A stretch of 64,000 nucleotides of DNA from Spirochaetia bacterium (GTDB lineage: Bacteria; Spirochaetota; Spirochaetia; UBA9216): the NCBI GenBank assembly GCA_965140585.1, contig OZ223264.1, positions 236,829-300,828 on the forward strand, given 5' to 3'. Of the stretch, positions 8,528 through 17,037 are shown piece after piece; position 1 is the stretch's first letter, and every line of letters starts with the position of its first letter. Made by a program: the position numbers and the translations under genes. The notes under the pieces were generated by a model. The model was not told where the DNA came from and made no database searches. It saw only the letters and a list, made by a program, of their open reading frames with translations.

Positions 8528-9718
8528 TTATTTCTGCTTTCTATCCCTTAATCTTTCTGTTCTTGAATATAGTTGAATGAGTTTTTCTTCTTTAACCCTA
8601 AAGCAGGTTCCATGATTTCGTTTAGTATGCATCCTAATTTCCATCATAACATCTCCTGATTCAATAAGCTGGATAAACTCCTTTATTGAGGGGCCTGAAT
8701 AATAGGTTAGCTCTACATAATGAAATTCTTCATTCTTATCTTTACCTCTATTTTCGGCACCGATATACGCACTTTCTGTAAGCTTTTCATTTAGTCTAAA
8801 TTGAATGGTCGTAAAATCATATTTTCCTATAGGAGTGTTATTAAAACATAGATATACGTTTTCAGTTTCATTATCTACAGAAAGACTTAGATTGTGGGTA
8901 TTAATGTTAATGGTCGGTGTTGAATACAACGCTTGACGTTGGTTTTCAGCATCAAAATAACCATACCTCTCAAGTCTCTCATTTTGATTTTTGGAGCCAT
9001 CAATCCATTCCGGTTCTTTGAGAAATAAATTCATTTTTTCTTTAGATTGATTTTGTTTTAACCTGAAGCATTTCAGCTCAATACCCTTGAAGTCTGGTCC
9101 TGAAGAATTATTCTCTTCTATACCCATTAAAGATTCAAATGTGTATCCTACTCCTGTACTTCCAGAACGAAGTGTTTTGACATAACCCATTTCTTTAATT
9201 TTATCAAATTCCTCTAACAGTATATCGATGCCATTATTTCGCTGTACTGGTTGAATTGATAAGTGCCAATCTAAATCTAAAAAGAAAGAACCTTGTAAAT
9301 TTGATAAATTTAGTTCAGAAAGTAATTCGGAATAGTAGATATGGTCAGGCTCAAGAATATGGATTTCATAAGTTCTTTTATAATCTTTTCTTCTTCCTAC
9401 AATTATAAGAGTATGTTCAGGTACAGAATTGACTGATGTCTTTAGGCGCGTTATTCGTCTCTCAGGATACCGATGGTAATGTTTATAATTACCATCCTTA
9501 ACTTCAATTGTTCCTGTGTCATTCCAAAGATAGCTAATTTGTTCTGTATAATTTATTGATACATTCGGGATAAAGTTGGTAATTGCAGGAAAAAGTCTAT
9601 ATGCTTCAACCGGGATAAGAACGCCATGTCTACCAGAATCATCATTTTTAGTTAATATCTTACAGAGGATACCATCTACATTTTCATAATTGATAAGAAT
9701 TTTTGATAATACAGACAT
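8528..9718 (-). CDS. Type II restriction endonuclease, EcoRII-like (N-terminal B3-like effector domain)
   Basis: 396 aa (EcoRII is 404 aa). N-terminal LTKNDDSGRHGVLIPVEAYRLFP resembles the EcoRII N-domain L-S/T-x-N-D-x-G...P...LFP motif. Lies directly upstream of dcm-vsr, which is CCWGG context. Confidence 0.55.
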   Translation of the reverse strand: MSVLSKILINYENVDGILCKILTKNDDSGRHGVLIPVEAYRLFPAITNFIPNVSINYTEQISYLWNDTGTIEVKDGNYKHYHRYPERRITRLKTSVNSVPEHTLIIVGRRKDYKRTYEIHILEPDHIYYSELLSELNLSNLQGSFFLDLDWHLSIQPVQRNNGIDILLEEFDKIKEMGYVKTLRSGSTGVGYTFESLMGIEENNSSGPDFKGIELKCFRLKQNQSKEKMNLFLKEPEWIDGSKNQNERLERYGYFDAENQRQALYSTPTININTHNLSLSVDNETENVYLCFNNTPIGKYDFTTIQFRLNEKLTESAYIGAENRGKDKNEEFHYVELTYYSGPSIKEFIQLIESGDVMMEIRMHTKRNHGTCFRVKEEKLIQLYSRTERLRDRKQK

Positions 9719-9793
9719 AATAAGTCAGTTTAGATGCAATCTGATTCCATGTCATGCAAAAAAATCAATTTTGTTAACTCTTCAGAACTGTCT

Positions 9794-9813
9794 ATTGAGC
9801 CAATTGGCTCAAT
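9794..9813. repeat. 20-bp perfect palindrome ATTGAGCCAATTGGCTCAAT
   Basis: Self-complementary. Shares the 14-bp core GAGCCAATTGGCTC with the palindrome at 10466-10485. Confidence 0.8.
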
Positions 9814-9911
9814 ATATCTATAAAAGCGCTCCCCGGTATAAAAAGGGCCGTGTACATCCCAAATTCCACCCAGTACTATGCTTCCAAGATTAACTCAAGG
9901 AGGTACAAACT

Positions 9912-10241
9912 ATCGAAGATTGGGAAGTTGTCTTCTCATATTCAAGAGAAGATGCAAAGCGTGATGGGGTATTAAAAGACGTAACTTACATTGCTAAAGA
10001 GTGTGGGTTCAAGCTTGATACTGTCATTACAGAGACCTTGTGGCACCTCATAGAAGGTGAAGAAGGTGTAAGGCCATTACTTTTTGATTTGTTGCTGAGA
10101 ATCAAGATGGCAAAGAAAGACAGTTCTATTCTTGTTTATGATTACAAGTGTAGAAAAGGCATGATTAAGGTCAGGTCAGAAGTCGGACCTGGCGATGATG
10201 CGTATCCGGTTCTAACAATCGGAACAATTTATGATTTCTAA
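9912..10241 (+). CDS. Hypothetical protein, open frame 9894-10241 with strong SD but no canonical start (track calls TTG at 10038)
   Basis: AAGGAGG at 9897-9903. Frame is open from 9894, but the first ATG/GTG/TTG is at 10038. Weak resemblance to a serine-recombinase catalytic domain (EEGVRPLLFDLLLRIKMAKKDSSILVYDYKCRKG). Confidence 0.25.
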   Translation: MEDWEVVFSYSREDAKRDGVLKDVTYIAKECGFKLDTVITETLWHLIEGEEGVRPLLFDLLLRIKMAKKDSSILVYDYKCRKGMIKVRSEVGPGDDAYPVLTIGTIYDF

Positions 10242-10249
10242 GGAGTGAA

Positions 10250-10462
10250 ATGATGAGTGTAATGACTAAATTGATTGAAGTAGAAGCAATGGAAGAAAAC
10301 GATGTTTATTCTCAGTTTAAGACTGGTAAGAATAATGTAAAGAAGGTGCTAAAAGTCCTGCTATTTGATGAGTTGAAAGATGAAATGGAGAAAGAAGATA
10401 AGCCAATTAGGCAACGTAAGCCTCAAAAGAAAGAAAAGCCGGTTGAGCCGGAAAGAACTTAA
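10250..10462 (+). CDS. Small lysine/glutamate-rich hypothetical protein
   Basis: ORF with SD 'aaggagtg' upstream, followed immediately by a terminator. Confidence 0.35.
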   Translation: MMSVMTKLIEVEAMEENDVYSQFKTGKNNVKKVLKVLLFDELKDEMEKEDKPIRQRKPQKKEKPVEPERT

Positions 10463-10465
10463 ATT

Positions 10466-10490
10466 AAGGAGCCAATTGGCTCCTTTTTTT
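10466..10490 (+). terminator. Rho-independent terminator (20-bp perfect palindrome AAGGAGCCAATTGGCTCCTT plus T7)
   Basis: Perfect stem followed by TTTTTTT. Confidence 0.75.
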
Positions 10491-10557
10491 TAGGAAAATT
10501 TATTGGTCAGTGGCTTTTAGAGGGTGTAATATAGAATAAACTAAAAAAGGATAAAAG

Positions 10558-11178
10558 ATGAAAAAGTCGATTTTTATTACAATTACGATTCTTACAATAA
10601 TACAGTTAATTTTCTCCTGTGATAATTTGGCAGGAGTTAACCCTGAAGATATAACTTCAGATGGATCAGATTCTACTTCAGACGATGGAAGTGATAGTTC
10701 AGAAAGTGAAGTAATTGCAAAGAGCATGAAAGCATATGATGCAAACGGTTCTTTTTTAGGTTATTGTACTTATGCTTCAGGTTACTTTTTATTTATGTAT
10801 TCTCAGAATGGATATTTTTACAGTATAAATTGGGATGGTTCGTTCACAGACGGAGGATTGTATTACACAGGGCAAAATCTAACAGGCACTGCTTTTTATG
10901 CGTACTTAGATTCTTATGCCATTAAAGCAAAAACTGTTTTTTCTGTTAATAATGTTTTGTATACCTATGTAGATTCAAATAGTGATAGTTTGGCAGATAT
11001 AAATGCTTCAATCACACAGTATCAAAGTGTTTACAGTGGTGGAACTACAACTAACTATGAAACACCTTATGAATTAAGCACATTTGGCTATTCTGCCTTT
11101 TCTGTGCAAACAATAACCAAATCCACAGCAGGAATACCGAGTAGCATTACTACTCCTATTTCCTTAGTAAGTGAGTAG
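10558..11178 (+). CDS. Acidic Ser/Asp-rich lipoprotein
   Basis: Signal peptide MKKSIFITITILTIIQLIFSC with a lipobox-like IFSC. Low-complexity DGSDSTSDDGSDSSESE region. Confidence 0.5.
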   Translation: MKKSIFITITILTIIQLIFSCDNLAGVNPEDITSDGSDSTSDDGSDSSESEVIAKSMKAYDANGSFLGYCTYASGYFLFMYSQNGYFYSINWDGSFTDGGLYYTGQNLTGTAFYAYLDSYAIKAKTVFSVNNVLYTYVDSNSDSLADINASITQYQSVYSGGTTTNYETPYELSTFGYSAFSVQTITKSTAGIPSSITTPISLVSE

Positions 11179-11192
11179 AGCTTTAATAGATA

Positions 11193-11702
11193 ATGGAGCA
11201 GGAAATTGAGAATAATGAATTAGTAGAATATTTTAATAGTAAACTTATAAGGGGTCAGTATTCTAAATTATTTTTAGAACAGATAATAAAAATTGATTCA
11301 AACGAACCATTAGTTTTAGGAGCAACTGATTTCTCTGAGTTCCGGCTTTTTAATATTACTGAAACAATATTAGAGTTAGAAGGTGTGAACAGAACATCAA
11401 CAAAGAAAGAAAAACAAATGAGAGGGATATTGTCTCAATATTATCATAAGCATATTGAATATTGGTATTCGATAGATGAAATATTTAATAAGACTATTGC
11501 TAATGAAAACCTGATAAATGAAGCAATTAAGAAGGCGATTAAATATAAGAAAGATAATAATCGAAAAGAAGAAGTTGTGCAATTGTTACCACATTTTTTA
11601 GTAACTGATAGAATTTCTGAAGTATACAAAAATAGAAAAGTAACAGGGGAGTGGTTGGTGTACTATAAACATGAATTAGGTAATATATATATCTTACTTT
11701 AG
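11193..11702 (+). CDS. Hypothetical protein
   Basis: ORF only. AT-rich. Confidence 0.35.
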   Translation: MEQEIENNELVEYFNSKLIRGQYSKLFLEQIIKIDSNEPLVLGATDFSEFRLFNITETILELEGVNRTSTKKEKQMRGILSQYYHKHIEYWYSIDEIFNKTIANENLINEAIKKAIKYKKDNNRKEEVVQLLPHFLVTDRISEVYKNRKVTGEWLVYYKHELGNIYILL

Positions 11703-11741
11703 CTTCACATGCGGAAGATTATAAAGAAATATTAAAAAGAA

Positions 11742-12074
11742 TTAATAGTTGTGCCATAGAAATGGAAATGATTTCAACTTTTTAAAGAACTCAGTCCATG
11801 CATCCTTAACATTGTTTGACTCATCGTCGGGTATATTACTGTGAAAGAGTTCAATAGTCTGGTCACGAACAGAGTATACTACAATTGAAGGCTGGTCCCA
11901 TTCTTTAACATTGAAAGCTGAGACTAAAGTTTTGCCAGGTCTTTCAGTTATTGCTTTGATTGTAATGCTGAGAGGAAAGTTCTTTTTTACAAACTTGTCA
12001 TCAGTAAGATTTGCATATAGCTCTTTCATGTTGCTTTTAGGGAATTTACCGATTACTTTGATGGTTTTAGCCAT
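11742..12074 (-). CDS. Hypothetical protein (possible immunity-type small protein)
   Basis: ORF only. Confidence 0.35.
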   Translation of the reverse strand: MAKTIKVIGKFPKSNMKELYANLTDDKFVKKNFPLSITIKAITERPGKTLVSAFNVKEWDQPSIVVYSVRDQTIELFHSNIPDDESNNVKDAWTEFFKKLKSFPFLWHNY

Positions 12075-12202
12075 AAGAGATACTCCGAATTATTGTTTGT
12101 TTATTAGTATAACACGGTAGGAAAACACTGTTAAGACGAAAAAAGTAGTGTGGATGTCTAAATAAGTGTAATATAGTTATATCCGATGGAGCTGTATTTA
12201 AA

Positions 12203-13023
12203 ATGAAAAAAATTCCGATAAACGATCAAATTGCGTATTCTATTTCGAACTTAGTTGATGACTCTCAAGTAGGACGTAGAGACCCAAGCCATTATGAAAT
12301 AGAAACGTTGATTAACGAGTGCGCATTATCAAAATATGATCCAAACCAAATCGGGAAAGGCCCTGTTGGGAAGATGAAACGTATTCGTCATGTACTAATA
12401 GGTTCATTAGAAGAAGAAACAGAAAAAGCCGAGGCTTTTGCTTATGGAATTATAAGCTTAATACGTTCTTCTGGTGGATTCCGAGAATTATCTCCCAATT
12501 TTATTGGATGGGAGAATATCCATAATTTGCAAACGGTTTTAAAAGATGAAGGTATTTTGTTGGGTGATGATGGTACCTTAAGTTATAAGATTTTAGATGA
12601 TTTATCAAATTCAGAGAAGACCGATGTTTTATATTCATATATTAAAAGAGCCAGGAAAGGTAGTGAAGATGCTGCTCTGATTGTGGGAACTAGTAAAGAT
12701 TTGATTGAAGCAGTATCAGCTCATGTGATTTTTTAAAATGTGGAACATATCCTACAACTGCAAATTTCCCAACATTACTGGGACAGGCATTTGTTATGTT
12801 GGGCATGGCTACCTCTTATGATGAGGAAAAGAAAGATGAACATCCAAGAAAAACGATTGAACGAAACATGTATGATTTAGCTTGTTCTATTAATAAATTA
12901 CGGAATAAACAAGGAACTGGTCACGGTAGACCTTTTCTTCCAGATTTGTCAAAGACAGAGGCTATTGAAGCTGTACAAGTTATGGGGATTATTGCAGAGA
13001 AGATGTTAAATTGTTTGAGTTGA
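12203..13023 (+). pseudogene. Abortive-infection protein with Abi_C domain, interrupted by -1 frame break at T6A4 tract
   Basis: Downstream piece carries the Abi_C signature LRNKQGTGHG. Upstream ORF ends at a TAA inside GATTTTTTAAAATG (12727-12740). The second frame is open from 12709. A single extra T would fuse the two parts into one roughly 270-aa ORF. Confidence 0.55.
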
Positions 13024-13064
13024 GAAGATTGTGATATTGAACTAAGTGCTTATTTATTGGGGGT

Positions 13065-13547
13065 ATGTTGAAAAAACAAAAGTTTTCAAAAGCTGAAATT
13101 TCTGAACTTGTTATGTATAAGCTCACAGAAGGGGCAGATTTTATTGTTGAGAAGTTATTAGAAATTAATGAGAAATACCAAATTAGTGAAGATGATAATC
13201 AAACTCTTTCAGCTGTGCTGGCTTTTGTTTTTTTCTGTTATGATTTTTCCTTCTTCTCGGTCTATCAAGATTCTCAAGAATCAATAGATATTAGAGCTCA
13301 AATCAAAGAAAATATGCTCAAATTTCCCATGATTTCTCAAGAAAAATTAGAGTGGTATGTTAGAAATCATGGACACCTTTTAAGGAAACATAAAAATCAT
13401 ACAAATAGCGATTGGATAGTTGAATTAGTTTCTGTAACTTTTAATTGGCGGGACGATAATGTTTCAGGACTTTTTCTTTTAGTTTTCTTGCAGACCTATG
13501 AATTCGTTGAAGAAATATCAAAAAAAATTAAAATAGTTCTAAGATAA
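13065..13547 (+). CDS. Hypothetical protein
   Basis: ORF only. Confidence 0.35.
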   Translation: MLKKQKFSKAEISELVMYKLTEGADFIVEKLLEINEKYQISEDDNQTLSAVLAFVFFCYDFSFFSVYQDSQESIDIRAQIKENMLKFPMISQEKLEWYVRNHGHLLRKHKNHTNSDWIVELVSVTFNWRDDNVSGLFLLVFLQTYEFVEEISKKIKIVLR

Positions 13548-13678
13548 TATACCTGATGCCGAGGTAAAGTAGTGACGTGAGTGGATTGGGCCAAGAGGCT
13601 CAGTTAAGAAATGTATGATTATTTATATTGTACTATAAAAATTGCCGTCATAATGACGGCTAGAATATCTATTTCTAT

Positions 13679-14773
13679 TTATTGCAAAGACATTAATTCC
13701 TCAAGAATTATTTTACTAAAATCTGGTGGAAGTCTACTTGAATGTATCATGTATTCTGTAAATAGAAATGCAAATTTTGTTGCTTGTCTATTAGTTTTTG
13801 TAAATAACTTTAAACACTTTCTTTCTTTATCATTTGATAGAATTGACCAAGCTAATTCACGGAGTATTAATGGCGAGCTATTAATTTCAAATGGAGCCTC
13901 TAATGCATGTCTGATTAATTCGATGAATTTCCCCCAATGTGGCAATGATAATTGTTCACCTAAATCAGAACTTGGTCTTGCATTTTTTAATGCCTCTTCG
14001 TAAAGATTATTCTTATATTCATAGGTTTCCCGTCCGCCATATAGTAACATTAACAATGCATCAGAAAGATCTTCTTTTTTGTCTGGATGAAGATAAAGAG
14101 AAAAAATTTTATTAACAATCTCTGCTATAGAAATGAGAAATAAACTAGAATAATCTAATACCAAAGAGAGATGCTCTTCTTTTTTAGGATCTAATTCTGG
14201 TGCGTTTTTTCTTAATAGAATGAGAGATTTACGACATGATTCCCCAGCATCTTTTATCATCCAAAAACTCGAACGAGAGAAACTAATTAATTCGGATAAT
14301 GTTGGATATTTTTTTCCAATATCAAAATATTTTTCCCATAAATCAATTTTACCTAAATTTGCGTCTGTCAAGGTTAAAGCTTTTTGTGAAGTCGCATCAC
14401 AGAATACCTTAAAATCATGCTCGGTCAATAAAGTAACACCTATTTGACCAGCTGAGATGCGATGATCTTTCTCGATGTTGTCTTTTCGCAAGATGCAAAT
14501 GCCCATCTCGGCAGACATGTATTTCATTATTCCATTTAACCATAAAGCTCTGTTAATTGGACTTTGCCCCTTTAAAGTTTTGCAATCAATTATAATTTTT
14601 TTATAGCTGATGAAATCACATGGAATATATGCTAGAACGTCCAAGTCGGTAATTTTAATATTTTTATTCTGTATGTCTAGGGGACTACAGACATCTACCT
14701 CAAGTTGGGGGACCCAACCTTTTGATACAGCATACTTCAATGCTCTTTGTTTTTGTTCACGGTCTTGCATCAT
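13679..14773 (-). CDS. Unknown 364-aa protein with a PD-(D/E)xK nuclease-like motif, second gene of the operon
   Basis: ITDLDVLAYIPCDF...KKIIIDCKT matches the D...(D/E)xK arrangement. C-terminal part is helical. Confidence 0.45.
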   Translation of the reverse strand: MMQDREQKQRALKYAVSKGWVPQLEVDVCSPLDIQNKNIKITDLDVLAYIPCDFISYKKIIIDCKTLKGQSPINRALWLNGIMKYMSAEMGICILRKDNIEKDHRISAGQIGVTLLTEHDFKVFCDATSQKALTLTDANLGKIDLWEKYFDIGKKYPTLSELISFSRSSFWMIKDAGESCRKSLILLRKNAPELDPKKEEHLSLVLDYSSLFLISIAEIVNKIFSLYLHPDKKEDLSDALLMLLYGGRETYEYKNNLYEEALKNARPSSDLGEQLSLPHWGKFIELIRHALEAPFEINSSPLILRELAWSILSNDKERKCLKLFTKTNRQATKFAFLFTEYMIHSSRLPPDFSKIILEELMSLQ

Positions 14774-16065
14774 AGTTTAGCTCCGTACATGATTGAATCT
14801 AGTTCATATTGCTTTTCTTCAGACAATGGGATTTCTCCTCTTTTCCTTAGGTTTGTTGCGCTTATTGTTGACTCTACATATTCCTTGCTCTGTTCAAACA
14901 TTTTACATGCCTCTGGGTTAATTTCTAATCCTGAGACAGCCTCGTTAGAAACAAGTGATAATGCAATGCCCAATGCTTCCATATTTTCTTCTGTGTCTAT
15001 GATGTGAAGTTGAGAATACCCGTGAGGAAGTGGCTCTAAATAGCCAACTCGGCATTGCACTAGGTTTTTATATTGTTGAGTAGCCTCAGTTGTGCTACTT
15101 ATTGTCTTTCTATCTCGTAAAGCTCTAATAATCGCTGCCGGTTGTCTTATCCTATGTGCCTTCGGTAAGAATTGCCCTTGTCGAACAGAAGAAACAATTG
15201 CCATTGCTCGTTCATATATTTCACGTTTTGTTGGCGGTAGGTGTTTTGATGAAGGCGCTGGGGTAAACAGGAAGTAGTTTTTACCACTATGATCAGTTTC
15301 AATAGAGGGTGGTTTCACTATGCCAAATTGTGATAGGTTTAATAATAATTTGAGTTCATCATCTGTGATGTGGTGTCCGTTTATTTCTTTAGTTTCTTCG
15401 ACTATTGATAAAGGTATACCCTGAACTGTTTTAATTAGACTTAAAATATTGCTGACAGATTTAGAGCCACTACTAGCAACTGCATCTGTAAATATATCAA
15501 TGTTCTCAGAGAAATAGTGTGGACTGAGTAATATATCTTTTCCTCGGGCTCGGCGATTAATTATAAAGTTTCCTTTTGTCCCAATATCTACTGCTCTATC
15601 AAAGAGAACTTTTTCAGGGCTAAGCTTCTGAAATAGAGAATCACGATTTTCTGGAGATTGAGCAAGGCGTTTCACCATCTCAATACATAACTGTTCTGAT
15701 TCGTTAAATGACCCTTCAGACATAGAATAATCACCGATTACATGGTATAGATCTTCATAATAAGGAACATTAGGTAAAATCCCCTTAATAGTTCTTCCTT
15801 CTTGCCTGATCTTTACAAATTCAATATCACCTAAAATTTCTACTATCCCCTTAATCGATGTTGTTGGTATTGATAAATAGTGATTTGATACCATTTTCAG
15901 AATTTCAAAGTCAATAAAAGGAAGACCTCTGATATGTAATGCTAATCGTACTGCCATGCCTATTTCAACTAAAAATCCGAACTCTGGAACATCAATTGCT
16001 CCTAAATTTAATTGAATTTCATGGCATCTTGCAGCTATTTCAGATGATTCACCTTTTGAACTCAT
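14770..16065 (-). CDS. Unknown 431-aa protein, first gene of a two-gene operon
   Basis: Long ORF with no family recognisable by eye and no Walker motifs. Its stop overlaps the start of the downstream gene. Confidence 0.5.
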   Translation of the reverse strand: MSSKGESSEIAARCHEIQLNLGAIDVPEFGFLVEIGMAVRLALHIRGLPFIDFEILKMVSNHYLSIPTTSIKGIVEILGDIEFVKIRQEGRTIKGILPNVPYYEDLYHVIGDYSMSEGSFNESEQLCIEMVKRLAQSPENRDSLFQKLSPEKVLFDRAVDIGTKGNFIINRRARGKDILLSPHYFSENIDIFTDAVASSGSKSVSNILSLIKTVQGIPLSIVEETKEINGHHITDDELKLLLNLSQFGIVKPPSIETDHSGKNYFLFTPAPSSKHLPPTKREIYERAMAIVSSVRQGQFLPKAHRIRQPAAIIRALRDRKTISSTTEATQQYKNLVQCRVGYLEPLPHGYSQLHIIDTEENMEALGIALSLVSNEAVSGLEINPEACKMFEQSKEYVESTISATNLRKRGEIPLSEEKQYELDSIMYGAKL

Positions 16066-16195
16066 TTTTAAATCCTCCTATAAGGACCAATGTATAAATC
16101 TAAGAGTTATATGATAATGCTTCTAGACTAAGTATTCAAATATAAATTTTATTCTTTGAAAAAGAATTAAACTTCATTCAAAAAAAGTATAATGT

Positions 16196-16287
16196 ATTAA
16201 ACCTTAGGTAACCCGGAATAACGTGAATTGGGACAGGTGACTCAGTTGAAAATGTTGATGTGCAGTAATCGAGTTTGTGATATTGTT
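16196..16287. repeat. 92-bp direct repeat, copy 1
   Basis: Identical over the 3' 60 bp (TTGGGACAGGTGACTCAGTTGAAAATGTTGATGTGCAGTAATCGAGTTTGTGATATTGTT) to copy 2. About 6 mismatches in the first 32 bp. Confidence 0.9.
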
Positions 16288-16293
16288 TTCGTT

Positions 16294-16689
16294 ATGCAAA
16301 AAGTGTTAAAGAGGTTAATCCCTTTACTTATAATGCTAATCTTCTTATTTGTTGGATGTGAAAAAGTTGAACATTTTGAAATTTCTGATGTGATTATCTT
16401 AACGACATCTGATAATGCACCAATAATGTTTAATTATATAATAGATTATAAAGTTTATGGGTATAACGAGCGTGAGAGAATTAATAAGCTTGAATGGAAA
16501 ATTGAATCACTAATTATTCCCGAATTTGTTGATTTTATAAATGAGCAAGTATCGGGATTTTCTAAATCTGAAATGATTACTAGTAATAAGATCCTGAATG
16601 GCATGAATACAAAAGTTGAAAGTCATTTAAATAAAATAGCGTCTGAATATCATTTCAGGGTTAAAAAAGTTACTATAACTGTAAAGTAA
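16294..16689 (+). CDS. Lipoprotein
   Basis: MQKVLKRLIPLLIMLIFLFVGC lipobox (FVGC). ATG lies immediately after repeat copy 1. The track ORF 16228 begins at a TTG inside the repeat. Confidence 0.5.
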   Translation: MQKVLKRLIPLLIMLIFLFVGCEKVEHFEISDVIILTTSDNAPIMFNYIIDYKVYGYNERERINKLEWKIESLIIPEFVDFINEQVSGFSKSEMITSNKILNGMNTKVESHLNKIASEYHFRVKKVTITVK

Positions 16690-16766
16690 AAAATTTATTG
16701 AATTCTGTTTTAATTTGATATAGGGAAACAATTTATACGTGCTCATAAATTTCGTCCCCTAACCGG

Positions 16767-16858
16767 ATTAAACCTTAGGCAACCTGGAACTGTGTGAATT
16801 GGGACAGGTGACTCAGTTGAAAATGTTGATGTGCAGTAATCGAGTTTGTGATATTGTT
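16767..16858. repeat. 92-bp direct repeat, copy 2 (third partial copy at 18262-18286)
   Basis: Followed by a degenerate copy of the lipoprotein start (VLKRGFVFLICYY versus MQKVLKRLIPLLIM). Confidence 0.9.
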
Positions 16859-17037
16859 GATTGATAGAGGATTGAAAGTGTTAAAAAGAGGTTTCGTATT
16901 TTTAATCTGTTATTATATTAATAAACTCCATAATTTTGTTTTTAGGATTAATGGAGATGAATTAGAAGTAATATCCCCAACTATGATAATGTTACGATTT
17001 AAAAATTTAAGAATGATAGAAAGTGAAGAGGACGTAG

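Noticed and set aside
13611-14003. Plus-strand ORF 13611-14003 and others (14220-14447, 14747-15007) overlapping the minus-strand two-gene operon
   Set aside because: Antisense to long well-formed ORFs. Typical AT-rich shadow frames.
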